This document shows positions 9,653-20,236 of a stretch of 64,000 nucleotides of DNA, one piece after another. The stretch covers positions 544,001 through 608,000 of the forward strand of contig CAWDML010000008.1 of NCBI GenBank assembly GCA_963803435.1. Direction: 5' to 3'. The stretch comes from an uncultured delta proteobacterium. Lineage in GTDB: Bacteria; Myxococcota; Kuafuiibacteriia; Kuafuiibacteriales; Kuafuiibacteriaceae. A model generated the notes under the pieces. It did not search any database, was not told the DNA's origin, and saw only the letters and a program-made list of their open reading frames with translations. The position numbers and the translations under genes are program-made. Each line of letters begins with the position of its first letter. The first letter of the stretch is position 1.

Positions 9653-11404
9653 ATGCGTCGGGTCGTCTCGGTCCTCGGTCTGGTCCTCTTCGGGTGCAGC
9701 GCCGGCGGCCACCCGCTCGAAGGCCCCGACGTCGACGCGCTCCTCGCGACGCTCGACGGTCTCCCCGCCGACGGTCTGGTAGACGCCGGCTTCCGCGCCG
9801 AGCTGATGCGCGATCCCGAGGCCGCCGTGGAGATCGGGATGGCCGACGCCCTCGGGATCGCCGACGACGCACTCACGCCGGCGACGGACGCCTACCACCT
9901 CGAGGACCTGCGTCTGGTCGAGGGGATCGCAGCCCGCCTCGACGCGGCGGATGCGAGCGGCCTGTCCGAATCGGCCCGCCTCGACTTCGAGACTTATCGC
10001 GCCTACCTCGAAGATCGGCTCGGCGAGCGCCCGTTCGTCACCGACGCCTATCCGGTGACGCATTTCCTGAACGGCGCCCAGCAGCAGATCGAGTTCTTCT
10101 TCACCGATCTCCATCCGCTGCGGAATGAAAAGGAAGCCCGCGCCTACGTGGCCAGGCTCCGCCGTGTGCACGACAAGATGAAGCAGGTGATCGAGCGCCT
10201 CGATCTCCATCAGCAGAACGGCGTGGTGTTGCCACAGATCATGATCGACCGCGTCCTGCCCGACATCCGGCGGATCGCCGACGCATCACCGCGCAACACC
10301 TCCTTCTTCATCACGTTCTCCAATCGAATGGGCGCCGTCGAGACGCTCGCTCCGATCCGCGACGAGCTCCTCGACGCGGCCGCCGACGCGATCGGTTCCA
10401 GCGTCATCCCGGCCTACGCCGAGCTCTTCGACCGCATGCAGGCCCAACGCGACGACGCACCCGCCGAGGTGGGTGTGGGAACGCTCCCGGACGGCGCCGC
10501 CTACTACGCGTACTTGTTGAGGCACCACACCACCACGGACCTGACCGTGGACGCGATCCACGAGATGGGCCTCGCGATGCTCGACACCATCCACGAGGAG
10601 ATGCGGGCGCGCTTCGAGGAGACCGGCCACGATCCCCAGATGGGCTTGACCGCGCTCTATCGCGCGATCGCCCAGGAGGGCGGGATCGTCGCGGCCGACG
10701 AGGTCGGCGCCGAATACGAGTCCATCATCCGCGACGCCGAGTCCCGCCTCGACCCAGCCTTCGATCTCCGCCCGCAGGCGAGCTGGTCCGTGAAGGTCGG
10801 CTCCTTCGGCGGCGCCTACGAGCCCGCCTCGCTCGACGGCGATCGACCCGGCGTGTTCTACGCGCTCCACGCCGACACGCCGCGCTTCGGCATGAAGACG
10901 CTCGCCTACCACGAGGTGATGCCCGGCCATCACTTCCAGCTCACGATCGCGCAGGAGACCCAGACCTCCCTCTTCCGCCGCGTCTACGCGCCCAACGCCT
11001 ACGTCGAGGGCTGGGCCCTCTACGCCGAGCACCTTGCCTCCGAGCTCGGCTGGTACGACGACGATCCCTTCGGTGACCTCGGCCGCCTCCAGTACGCCGC
11101 CTTCCGCGCCGCCCGCCTCGTCATCGACACCGGCATCCACGCTCGAGGCTGGACCTTCGACCAAGCCGTCGACTTCATGGTCGCGAACACCGGCTTCGAA
11201 CGCGGCCAGGCCGACTGGGAAGTCGCCCGCTACGCCGTCTGGCCCGGCCAAGCCGACGCCTACGCCATCGGCATGAGCGAGCTCCTCCGTCTCCGCGCCC
11301 AACAGCAAGCCGCCCTCGGCCCCGACTTCGACCTCCGCGCCTTCCACCGCAAGATCCTCCTCGCCGGCAGCCTCCCGCTCTCGACCCTCGCACAGCAGTT
11401 TTGA
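9653..11404 (+). CDS. DUF885 family lipoprotein (zincin-like metallopeptidase fold)
   Basis: Lipobox LFG-C; YHEVMPGHHFQ, AYVEGWALYAE, RAARLVIDTGIH, EVARYAVWPGQA. Confidence 0.92.
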   Translation: MRRVVSVLGLVLFGCSAGGHPLEGPDVDALLATLDGLPADGLVDAGFRAELMRDPEAAVEIGMADALGIADDALTPATDAYHLEDLRLVEGIAARLDAADASGLSESARLDFETYRAYLEDRLGERPFVTDAYPVTHFLNGAQQQIEFFFTDLHPLRNEKEARAYVARLRRVHDKMKQVIERLDLHQQNGVVLPQIMIDRVLPDIRRIADASPRNTSFFITFSNRMGAVETLAPIRDELLDAAADAIGSSVIPAYAELFDRMQAQRDDAPAEVGVGTLPDGAAYYAYLLRHHTTTDLTVDAIHEMGLAMLDTIHEEMRARFEETGHDPQMGLTALYRAIAQEGGIVAADEVGAEYESIIRDAESRLDPAFDLRPQASWSVKVGSFGGAYEPASLDGDRPGVFYALHADTPRFGMKTLAYHEVMPGHHFQLTIAQETQTSLFRRVYAPNAYVEGWALYAEHLASELGWYDDDPFGDLGRLQYAAFRAARLVIDTGIHARGWTFDQAVDFMVANTGFERGQADWEVARYAVWPGQADAYAIGMSELLRLRAQQQAALGPDFDLRAFHRKILLAGSLPLSTLAQQF

Positions 11405-11421
11405 GTCGACCTGCCGGCGCG

Positions 11422-12530
11422 CTACGCCGCGACCTTCCGGATCCGCCGTGCGCTCATCACCACCAGACACGCGCTGATCGCGACCAGGGCCAAGACGTTG
11501 GGGAGGAGCTGGAGGAGGCCGGCGTCGCGGAGCACGACGCCGCGCATGATGGCCACCATGTGAGTGGCGGGGAGGATCCAGCCGATGGCCTTGAGGACGA
11601 TGGGGAGGCCCTCGCGGGGAAAGATGTAGCCGCTGAGGAAGATGGACGGCAGGAGGAACATCTGGGCCATCTGCTGGGCGGCGCTCTGGGTCTGGTGCGG
11701 GTGGAGATGAAGAGGCCGAGCGCGAGCAGGGCGAACAGGTAGATGACCGCCATGACGAAGAGGAAGACCAGGCTGCCGCGGATGGGGACGGAGAAGCCGT
11801 AGCGCATGGCGATGAGGATGAGGGACATCTCGCCGATGCCGATGAAGAGGTAGGGGCCGAGCTTGCCGAGCATCAGGCCGAGGGGATTGATCGGGGTGAC
11901 GAGGAGCTGCTCGAGGGTGCCGCGTTCGCGCTCGCGGACGATCGCGATGGCGGCGAGGACGAGGGCGACGATCTGGAGGAGGATCGCCACGAGACCCGGG
12001 ATGATGAAGTTGGCGGTGCGGCCGCTCGGGTTGAAGAGGATGATGGGCTGGGCGGCCATCGGGGTCTCGGCGCCGAGGACGGCGCGTTGGAGCTGCTCGA
12101 GGTTCGCTTGCGCGACCAGGCCGTTCACCGAGGCGAGCGCCTGTGCGCTCACCGTTTGATCGGAGCCGTCGATCAGGACCAGCAGGCGCGCGTCGGCGCC
12201 GCGGACGCGCTTCTTGTGATAGTCGGGCGGGATCATGACGCCGACCTTGGCGCGGGCCGCGGTGATGTCTTCGCGGGCCTCGCGGGGGTCGAAGGTGATG
12301 CGGCGGATGTCGAAGGTCTTGGTGGCGCGCATGCGGTCGATCAGGAGGCGGCTCTCGGGGGAGCGGTCCTGGTCGACGACGACGGTCGGAACGTTGCGGA
12401 CCGTCTGATCGATGAAGCCGAACAGCATCAGCTGAAAGAGCGGGATGCTGAACGCCATGATCAGCGTGGCCCGATCGCGTCGGATATGGAGGAACTCCTT
12501 GCGGAAGATCGCGGTGAACGAGCTCCACAT
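11422..12530 (-). CDS. ABC-2 type transporter permease; 1-bp frameshift near 11693
   Basis: FRKEFLHIRRD, IVRERERGTLEQLLVTP; the C-terminus (QQMAQMFLLPSIFLSGYIFPREGLP) continues in the adjacent frame. Confidence 0.9.
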
Positions 12531-12532
12531 GG

Positions 12533-13501
12533 TCAGGCCGCCTTTCCTCGCTCCTGGCTCTTGGTGAGGGTGACGAAGACGTCCTCGAGCGATGGCGAGA
12601 TCTCGCGGACACGGGCGCCCGGGAAGCCCGCCGCCGTCATGGTCTCCGTCAAGGAAGCGTCGCTGAGGGTCCGATCGATCATCGCGTGCACCGCCTGGCC
12701 GAAGATCGTGGCCGCGGAGCAGAAGGGCTGGTCGGCGAGCCAAGCCAGCGCTCGGGCAGTGCGCATCGTCTCGACCTCGACGCGTCGCGAGTCGGGCGGG
12801 TTCACCTCCGGGAGCGCCTTGAGCGTTTCGGGTGTCCCGGTGGCGAGCAGCTTCGACAGATAGAGATAGCCGACCTCGCCGCAGCGCTCGGCTTCGTCCA
12901 TGTAGTGCGTCGTGACGAGGAGCGTGATGCCCTCGGCGGCCAGCGCGAACAGGAGATCCCAGAGCTCGCGGCGTGCAACCGGATCGATCCCGGCGGTGGG
13001 CTCGTCGAGGAAGACGACCTCGGGCTCGTGCATCAGCGCGCTCCCGAGCGCCAGACGTTGCTTCCAGCCGCCCGAGAGCAGGCCGGCGCGCCGATCGAGG
13101 TACGGGCCGATGTGCGTCAGCTCGATCGCGTCGTCGCGTCGCCGCCGCAGCCGGTCGCCGCGCAGGCCGTAGATGCTCGCGTAGAAGTCGAGGTTCTCGA
13201 GCACCGTGAGATCCTCGTAGAGCGCGAACTTCTGGCTCATGTAGCCGATGCGCCGTCGGATCGCTTCGCCGTTGCGGGCCACGTCCAGGCCGAGGACGCT
13301 GGCGCGCCCTGCCGTCGGCGAGAGCAGGCCGCACAGGATCCGGATCAGCGTCGACTTGCCGGAGCCGTTCGGTCCGAGGAGGCCGTAGACCGTGCCGCGC
13401 CGGACGACGAGGTCGACGCCGGCGAGCGCCGTGAAGTCGCCGAACGTGCGGGTGAGGTCCTCGACCTCGATCACCGTCTCGGCAGAATGCTCGGCGTTCA
13501 T
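12533..13501 (-). CDS. ABC transporter ATP-binding protein
   Basis: Walker A GPNGSGKS, signature LSGGWKQR, Walker [17 protein letters not shown]. Confidence 0.95.
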   Translation of the reverse strand: MNAEHSAETVIEVEDLTRTFGDFTALAGVDLVVRRGTVYGLLGPNGSGKSTLIRILCGLLSPTAGRASVLGLDVARNGEAIRRRIGYMSQKFALYEDLTVLENLDFYASIYGLRGDRLRRRRDDAIELTHIGPYLDRRAGLLSGGWKQRLALGSALMHEPEVVFLDEPTAGIDPVARRELWDLLFALAAEGITLLVTTHYMDEAERCGEVGYLYLSKLLATGTPETLKALPEVNPPDSRRVEVETMRTARALAWLADQPFCSAATIFGQAVHAMIDRTLSDASLTETMTAAGFPGARVREISPSLEDVFVTLTKSQERGKAA

Positions 13502-13503
13502 GA

Positions 13504-14643
13504 TCAACTCCTCGGTACGTGGATCGTCGCCGCCATGCCGGCGCGCAGGTCATCGAGGCCCTCGAGAATCCCGATGCGCGTGGCGAAGACCTGGTCGGCG
13601 CGCTCGTCGGCGGTCTGCAGGTTGCGCGGCGAGTACTCGCCGATCGCGTTGATGTGCTCGACCTGACCGCCGAAGGTTCGGTCCGGGAACGAGTCGACCG
13701 AGATCGGCACCTTCTCGCCCACCTTCAGGTGGCCGAGCTGGGTCTCGGGCACGTAGATGCGAACGTACAGCTGGTCGCGCTCGATCAGCTCCACCGCGTG
13801 GGCGTTCGGGGCGAGGATGTCGCCGGGTCGCAGGTCGAGCGTCTCCACTCGCGAGGGCATGGGCGCGCGGATGGTGAGCTCGTCGATCATCGTGAGGATC
13901 TGATCGACGCGACCCTTCGCCGAATCGACCTGACCCTTGGCCGCCTGGATGTCCTCGACGCGCGCGCCGGACTCGACCAGCTTCGCGCTCGCCTCGGCCT
14001 CCTTGGCGTGGGCCTCGGCCTGCCGCACCTGCTCGACGCGGACGCCGTGGACCAGCTCGTCGAGCGCGTGCTTTTGCGCGTCTCGCTGGGCGATCGCCGA
14101 CTGCAAAGCGAGATCGACGTTGTCGCCCTCGGCGCGGGATGCGGCGCCCTTCTGCAGCAGCTGGTGGATCCGGTCGGCGTCCATCTTGGCCTTGTTGACC
14201 GCGACCTCCGTCGCCTGCAGGCGGGCCTCGGCCTGCGCGATGTCCTCGGTTCGGGCGCCCGCGTGTGACTCCTGCAGAGCGGCCAGCGCGCTCTGCGCCC
14301 GAGCGCGCGCCGCCTCGATCTCCTCGGGCCGAGAGCCGCGCTCGAGCTTATCGAGGTTGGCCTGCGCCTGGGCGAGCAGTCCCTCCGCCACCAGCTTCTG
14401 CGCCATCAGGTCACCGGGCTCGAGGATGATCAGCGGTTGCCCGGCCGCCACCGGGTCGCCCTCCTTGACCAGGACGTCCTTCACCCGGCCGCCGACCCGC
14501 GAGCCGACCGCGACCGTGCGAGCCTCGACGGTACCGCTCCATTCGAACGGTTGGTGTGCGGCCCACACCCGCGAGGCGACGTAGAGCAGGGTGCCGAACG
14601 CAACCACGCCCACCGGGATCGAGCGATTGAGAGGGATCTTCAT
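13504..14643 (-). CDS. HlyD-family membrane-fusion (efflux adaptor) protein
   Basis: N-terminal anchor, lipoyl halves ([14 protein letters not shown]) and a long coiled coil; [18 protein letters not shown]. Confidence 0.93.
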   Translation of the reverse strand: MKIPLNRSIPVGVVAFGTLLYVASRVWAAHQPFEWSGTVEARTVAVGSRVGGRVKDVLVKEGDPVAAGQPLIILEPGDLMAQKLVAEGLLAQAQANLDKLERGSRPEEIEAARARAQSALAALQESHAGARTEDIAQAEARLQATEVAVNKAKMDADRIHQLLQKGAASRAEGDNVDLALQSAIAQRDAQKHALDELVHGVRVEQVRQAEAHAKEAEASAKLVESGARVEDIQAAKGQVDSAKGRVDQILTMIDELTIRAPMPSRVETLDLRPGDILAPNAHAVELIERDQLYVRIYVPETQLGHLKVGEKVPISVDSFPDRTFGGQVEHINAIGEYSPRNLQTADERADQVFATRIGILEGLDDLRAGMAATIHVPRS

Positions 14644-16076
14644 GAGTGCGGCTCCTGATTCTCGGGAAACACGCCCGTCGCGCGAGCGAGGCTGAGCTGG
14701 GCCAGGGAGAGATCGAACCGAGCCTGCGCGACCGCGACCTCGGAGCTGATCAGGGCGTCCTGCGCTTGCAACAGATCGATCTGCGTGGCCGTCCCGGCGT
14801 CGTGTTGGGCACGGACCAGCTCCAGCGTCTCCGTCGACAGATCGACCGAACGATGGGCAGCCAGCAGGGCGGCTTCCTTGGTGTCGACCATCCGCAGCGC
14901 GTCGGCGATCTCGTCGCCCACCCGATCGCGGAGTTGATCGAGCAGGGCCTCGGTCTCGGCGCGCTGCGCCTGAGCGAGCTCCTGCTGGGCGATGCGCAGG
15001 CCGCCGTCGAAGATCGTCCAGTCGAGCGTCGCGCCGACGGCCCAGGAGAACTGATCGCCGGAGAATCCGCTGTAGTTGGAGAGGCGTCCGCTCCCGAACG
15101 CCGAGAGCGTCGGTGCCCAGCGCCAGAGCGCCGCGTTCTCCAGGGCGTCGCTGGCGTCGATCGAGCGCTCGAGCGCGGTCACCTCGGGACGCCGGGGAAG
15201 GGACACATCGATGAGCGCTGGAAGGTCCTGGATCGTCGGCCCGGCGGCCTTGCCCTCGGGCGGCGGCTCGACTCGGAAGGGATCCTTGAGCGCGATCAGT
15301 GTTCCGAGGGCGCGGTAGAGCTGCGCCTGCGCGTCGCGCGTCTCGAGGAGCGCCTGGCGCGCCTGGACCAGGGCCAGCTCGGCGCGCGTGACCTCGACGC
15401 GGTTGACCAAGCCGCTGTCGAAACGCGCCTTCGCGTTCTCGAGGGTCTCGCTGGCGACCTCGATCCCGTGCTCGCGCACCTTGATCAGCTCGTCCGCGCC
15501 GGCGGTGCCGAAGAACGTTTGCGCCACCTGGAACAGGATCGACGCGGCGGAAGCGTCGAAGTTCGCCTCCTGCGCCTCGACCAGCCGGCGCGAAGCCGAG
15601 AGCCCGGCATAGCCAGAGGGAACCACCAGCGGCACGGTCACCGCGAGCGTGCCGTCGAGTTGTTCACGCTTGAGGATCACCGCGGTTCCCGGCGTGTTCG
15701 CCGTTAGGTCGGCCTCGAACTGATCGATCGCCGCGGCGGTGCTGGGAGGAGCGCTCTGCTTGAGCACCTCGGCAAAGCCGAGCAGAGGTGCGTTCTGCGC
15801 GGCCAGATCGAGCTCCGACGACTTGTTGTTGTGGGTGTACCTACCCTGCGCGATCAGGAGCGGCAGCAGCGCGGCCCAGGCTTGCGTGATCTGCGAGCGC
15901 GACTGGTCGACGCGCGCAGCTGCGGCCTTGAGGTCCCGGTTGCCTGCCTTCGCGCGGGCGAGCACCTCGTCGAGGTGAAGCGTTCGCTCCGCTGCGCTCG
16001 TCTGCGCCGTCGCTGGGCGGGTGCCCGCGAGCGAGACGAGGAGCGCCGCCGCGGCGGCTCTACGGATCATTGCCAT
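14640..16076 (-). CDS. TolC-family outer-membrane efflux protein
   Basis: Signal peptide and two OEP repeats (ARFDSGLVNRVEV, AGTATQIDLLQAQ); lies in the efflux operon. Confidence 0.92.
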   Translation of the reverse strand: MAMIRRAAAAALLVSLAGTRPATAQTSAAERTLHLDEVLARAKAGNRDLKAAAARVDQSRSQITQAWAALLPLLIAQGRYTHNNKSSELDLAAQNAPLLGFAEVLKQSAPPSTAAAIDQFEADLTANTPGTAVILKREQLDGTLAVTVPLVVPSGYAGLSASRRLVEAQEANFDASAASILFQVAQTFFGTAGADELIKVREHGIEVASETLENAKARFDSGLVNRVEVTRAELALVQARQALLETRDAQAQLYRALGTLIALKDPFRVEPPPEGKAAGPTIQDLPALIDVSLPRRPEVTALERSIDASDALENAALWRWAPTLSAFGSGRLSNYSGFSGDQFSWAVGATLDWTIFDGGLRIAQQELAQAQRAETEALLDQLRDRVGDEIADALRMVDTKEAALLAAHRSVDLSTETLELVRAQHDAGTATQIDLLQAQDALISSEVAVAQARFDLSLAQLSLARATGVFPENQEPHS

Positions 16077-16083
16077 GAATCCT

Positions 16084-16722
16084 TCACTTTCTCCGTGTCG
16101 CGCGCGTCTTGCGACGCGGCCGGCGTGGGGCTCCTTCGGTGAGGAGATCGACCAAGCCTTCCAGGAACTTCTTCTCCGGGATCTGTTTCTCGCCGTGTGA
16201 GCTCAGCAGGATCTCGAAAAACGCATAGTGCTGGAGGGTGCCGAGAAAGGTGCGGGCCAAGATCTCGGGATCACGCGGAGCCAACCGCCCGCGCTCGATC
16301 TCCTCGGCGAAGAACGCGGTGAGGGCCCGGGAGGCGCGGAGCGGTCCCGCGTTCGGTCCTCTCAGGTGGTCGGGGAGCTCGCTCGAGCCGCTGGTGTTCG
16401 ACCACGACATCATCACCAGCGGGAGGATCCTGCGAAAGAATGCGATCATCTCGGTACCGATTTCGGTCAACGTCGTGCGGATGCTCTTTCTGGCGTCGCG
16501 CTCGGTCAGGGTGTGGGCCCACGGGAGCGGTGCGTTCGGCTGGAGCTGCATGGCGGCGGCGAACAGCTCTTTCTTGGTGGCGAAGCGCTTGAAGATCGAC
16601 CCTTCGGCGATTCCCGCGCGCCGCGCCACCTCGGAGGTGGTGGCGCGGATGCCCTTTTCGAGGAACACCTCACGGGCGGCGGCGATGATCTGTGCGTTCG
16701 TTATCGAGACCGGGCGGGCCAT
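16084..16722 (-). CDS. TetR/AcrR-family regulator heading the efflux operon
   Basis: HTH AAAREVFLEKGIRATTSEVARRAGIAEGSIFKRFATK; ATG at 16722 after a GGAG RBS. Confidence 0.93.
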   Translation of the reverse strand: MARPVSITNAQIIAAAREVFLEKGIRATTSEVARRAGIAEGSIFKRFATKKELFAAAMQLQPNAPLPWAHTLTERDARKSIRTTLTEIGTEMIAFFRRILPLVMMSWSNTSGSSELPDHLRGPNAGPLRASRALTAFFAEEIERGRLAPRDPEILARTFLGTLQHYAFFEILLSSHGEKQIPEKKFLEGLVDLLTEGAPRRPRRKTRATRRK

Positions 16723-16732
16723 CTCAGCTCCG

Positions 16733-16778
16733 AATAAGTGACTGCGCACTCATTATTGACGGCGGACCCGGCCGTCAA
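16733..16778 (-). promoter_or_regulatory. Putative TetR operator and promoter region
   Basis: AT-rich imperfect palindrome AATAAGTGACTGC/GCACTCATTATT (16733-16757) and an 8-bp inverted repeat TTGACGGC...GCCGTCAA (16756-16778), giving TTGACG and AATAAT boxes on the minus strand (spacing only 15 bp). Confidence 0.45.
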
Positions 16779-16800
16779 GCGCGATCGAAGGCGGGGAGCG

Positions 16801-17373
16801 TCAATCGTGGAACACCGGCGTGGGAGTGAAGCTCGCCCGGTCACCATCCGTGGCCGACGCCACCAGGACGATGCTCCCGGCGGTGAGAGCAGCCGCGCCC
16901 ATGAGCGCCGCCCAGAACCACCAGCGCTCCGCGAGTGGCCGAGGTTCGGGCGGTGGGACCATCGTGATCAGCGATACGCCGAGGGTGAAGCGACCCGGAG
17001 CGACGGTCGCCGTGTCGAGCGGCGGCGGATCGTAGGAGACGACCTCGCCGTCGCTGCGCAGCTCAGCCAGGAGGGCGCGGACTCCGTCGGCGTCGGCTCC
17101 GGTGGGATGCTCCTCGAGATAGCGCTGGAAGAAGAAGATCGCTCGCAGGTTGTCTCCGAGGTTGCGGTGGCACTGACCGATGTCGAAGAGGATCTCCGCG
17201 CGCGGCGCAGCGTCGTAGGACGACCTGAACAGCCGGAGCGCCTCGTCGAACTCTCCCAGGTTGTAGTGGTGCTGGGCGCGTTCGAAGTCTCGCCGGCCCG
17301 GCGCCACCGCTTCCGCAGGAGCGCCCGGCGTCGAGCTCGCGAGCACGAGGAGGGCGACCAGCGAATGAATCAT
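16801..17373 (-). CDS. Exported TPR protein with a C-terminal hydrophobic tail (kinase-associated)
   Basis: Signal peptide MIHSLVALLVLASS; TPR AQHHYNLGEFDEALRLF...ILFDIGQCHRNLGD; RWWFWA tail; ATGA overlap with the true kinase stop. Confidence 0.8.
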   Translation of the reverse strand: MIHSLVALLVLASSTPGAPAEAVAPGRRDFERAQHHYNLGEFDEALRLFRSSYDAAPRAEILFDIGQCHRNLGDNLRAIFFFQRYLEEHPTGADADGVRALLAELRSDGEVVSYDPPPLDTATVAPGRFTLGVSLITMVPPPEPRPLAERWWFWAALMGAAALTAGSIVLVASATDGDRASFTPTPVFHD

Positions 17374-18822
17374 GGACCCTCTTCTCCGAATGGATCCATG
17401 AGCGTGGCCCTCGAGAATCGGGCCGAGCTTGGTCTCGGCCTCTTCGATCGGCCTCGCAGGCGGGCTGCGTCGCGGCCGTCGCTCGAGCACGACCTTGACG
17501 TGCGCGTCTCCGGTGAGTGCGATCTCGACGTCCTCGGTCTGGTGTTTCGCGGTCGAGAAGGAGAACGTCTCGCTTCGCTCGGTGCGGTCGAAGGCTCGGG
17601 AGAACGGAGTCCGGCCGAGAAGCTCCGTTCCTCGGCGCACCTCGGCACCGGGAGGCTCCGAGTCGAAAGAGATCGCCACCGAGGGCGGCACGACCAGCGC
17701 CGCGATGGGCGGAGCGGCGATCGCGGAGGCGGGGACTACCGGGGCCCCGGGCGCGCTCGCGGGGTCGCCGCTCGCGCCGACGAGCGCAATCCCGGCTCCC
17801 GTCAGCACGATCGCCAGGGCAGTGGGGCCCAGCCGTCGCAGGCTGCGAACGACGCTGCCCGCTCGCGCCTCCGCCGCTTCAGCCGCACGCCGATGACGGA
17901 GTCGTCGATCGCGGAGCGCACTCAGGCGCTCGAGGATCTCGGAGGCGGAGTCCGGGCGATCGTCGGGGTTCTTCTTCAAGCACTCGAGGATGAGCGCCGA
18001 GAGCTCGGCCGGGATCGGCTCACCCGGTCGCGCGACCGAGGCGGGCGCGGGCGGCTCCGACTCGCAATGGAGCGCGAGCAGCTCGAGCATCCCGTCGTTC
18101 TCGAAGGGAGGGCGCCCGGCGGCCATCTCGAAGAGCACGACGCCCAGGGCGTACAGATCCGTGCGGTGATCGACCGGCATCCCGTAGATCTGCTCCGGCG
18201 CCATGTAGCCGGGCGTGCCGAGGAGCATCCCCGAGCCGGTGTTCGGGTCGCCGCCGATGAGCGCTGTCGAGAGCTTGGCGACGCCGAAGTCGAGCACCTT
18301 GACGAAGTCCGTGCGCCCGCGGCTCGACGCCACGAAGATGTTGGCCGGCTTGAGATCACGGTGGACGATCTGCTCACCGTGGACAGCGTCCAGCGCCGCC
18401 GCGATCTGGAGCCCGATGTCGACGGTCCGATCGATCGGCAGTCTTTGCAGCTCGAGCACCTCGCGCAGCGTGAGGCCCTCGAGCAGCTCCATGATGTAGT
18501 GGCTCGGCACCCCGATGTCCCAATCTGCCTCCACGAAGTCCGTGATCTCGACGATGTTCTCGTGCGCGATCGCGTTGACCGCTCGCGCCTCACCGAAGAA
18601 GCGGTTGACCGCGCTCGGATTCGAAGCGAGCTCCTCCCGGAGGACCTTGAGGGCGACGCGGCGCTTGAGCTTCGTGTGCTCGGCGAGGAACACGAGGCCG
18701 ATCGCGCCCTGCCCGATCAACTCGATGATCCGATAGGCGCCCATGAGACTCCCGGCGCGCGGTCCAGGATGGACATCCTGAGCGCGCTCCCCGACCACGA
18801 ACGTCTCCGCGGACCCCGACAT
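17370..18822 (-). CDS. Membrane Ser/Thr protein kinase with a PEGA domain; frameshift near 17450
   Basis: IGQGAIG, VALK, HRDLKPAN, DFG, GTPGYMAPE, a TM helix and PEGA (SEPPGAEV). The typical ...TLMDPF C-terminus is in the adjacent frame, ending at TGA 17370-17372. Confidence 0.88.
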
Positions 18823-19090
18823 CGCGAGATCGAGGATGCAGGAGTAGATCCAGCTCGATCCGGAGGAGATTACACCCGTGACCGGGGCGCACGTCGACGT
18901 TCGCCTCGGCTGGCCGTCACGACCCAGGGCGCCGCCCGCTGGACGAAATACCCCCACCCGCGCGGTTGGCTCGACCCGATCGACCTTCCCGCGGCGTCAA
19001 AGCTCCGCGCTTCGAGTCAGAGATCTGTCGACGCTCGACTCTCGACAGCCCGCATCATCTCGGCGCGGTACGGGCCTACCGTGCACGAAA

Positions 19091-20236
19091 TCACCGGTGT
19101 GGCTGGGCCAGGAGGCTAAAGCGCGCGAAGCGCAGGTGCTCGATGTCGACCGAGCGGCTCTTGCCGTCGAGGATCAGCTCGGCCATGGCGAGACCAGTGA
19201 TCGGGGCACTCTTGAACCCGGAGCCGCAGAAGCCGGCGGCGACGTAGTAGCCCTCGAGACCGAGCGGACCGTCGACGATCGGCTGTCCGTCCGGCGTGAA
19301 GTCGTAGAGCCCGACGATGCCGCGGACCATGCGGGCGCTGGCGAGGGCGGGGAAGCGGTGGGCGAGGGCGGCGTGCGCGACGGTGGAGTAGTCGACGTCG
19401 ACGTCGGTGCGGTAGCGATCGGGGCCCCAGGGCGTGTCGAAGCTCCAGTCGATCCCGACGAGGTTGGCGTCTCCGTCGACGTGGCAATAGAGGCCGGTGA
19501 CCTCGTCGTAGAAGGCGAGCTCTTGCTCGGGAAGGCCGCCGGGCCGATCGACGTAGATGACCTGGCCACGCTTCGACCAGAGGGGGAGGGCGATCCTCGG
19601 ATCCGGATGGAGCTGGTGCGTCCACGGGCCGACGGCGAGGACCACGACGGGGGTGGCGATGAAACCGTCCACGGTTTCCACGCCGGCGATCCTTCCGCTG
19701 CGATGTCCGATCTGCAGCACGGTGACGCCTTCGGCGATGGTGGCGCCCTGCCGCCGGGCGGCGGCGGCGAGGCTGTGCGTGGTCGCCATCGGATCGGCCC
19801 AGCCGCTCTCCTCTTCGTATGCGCCGCCGACCAGGTCGTCGATGTTCAGCAGCGGGTGGAGCTTCTTCAGATCGGCCGGCTCGATCCATTCGGAGCGGAT
19901 CCCGGCGCCCAGGAGCATCTGATGGACGCGCCGGACCTCCGGTTCGCGTTTCGCTCCGGTGACGTGAAGGTAGCCGGTTTGCCGGAAGCCGCATTCGCCG
20001 CCGATCTGCTCTGCCCAATCTTTGAAGAGCTCGCGCGAGCGGTTGATCATTCTAACCTCGGGCAGGTCGGGCCAGTGCGTCTGGATGAAGCCGCCGCACT
20101 TCTCGGTCTGACCGCGGCCGACGGCGCCGCGATCGAGGACCAGCACGTTCTTCATGCCGCGGGCGGTGAGCTGATACGCGATGCTCACGCCGATGACGCC
20201 GGCTCCCACGATGACGATGTCCGCGGTCGTGCGCAT
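19091..20236 (-). CDS. FAD-dependent oxidoreductase, DAO/sarcosine-oxidase family (Spb39-like by context)
   Basis: DIVIVGAGVIG dinucleotide motif, GLYDFTPDGQPIV, AGFCGSGFKSAP; TGATG coupling to the upstream cupin-MetRS gene. Confidence 0.9.
   Translation of the reverse strand: MRTTADIVIVGAGVIGVSIAYQLTARGMKNVLVLDRGAVGRGQTEKCGGFIQTHWPDLPEVRMINRSRELFKDWAEQIGGECGFRQTGYLHVTGAKREPEVRRVHQMLLGAGIRSEWIEPADLKKLHPLLNIDDLVGGAYEEESGWADPMATTHSLAAAARRQGATIAEGVTVLQIGHRSGRIAGVETVDGFIATPVVVLAVGPWTHQLHPDPRIALPLWSKRGQVIYVDRPGGLPEQELAFYDEVTGLYCHVDGDANLVGIDWSFDTPWGPDRYRTDVDVDYSTVAHAALAHRFPALASARMVRGIVGLYDFTPDGQPIVDGPLGLEGYYVAAGFCGSGFKSAPITGLAMAELILDGKSRSVDIEHLRFARFSLLAQPHR

Noticed and set aside
16801-18957. Apparent 718-aa kinase-PEGA-TPR fusion
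   Set aside because: The kinase's natural tail (TLMDPFGEEGP-stop) lies in another frame and overlaps the TPR ATG (ATGA); the TPR part has its own signal peptide. A frameshift artefact.
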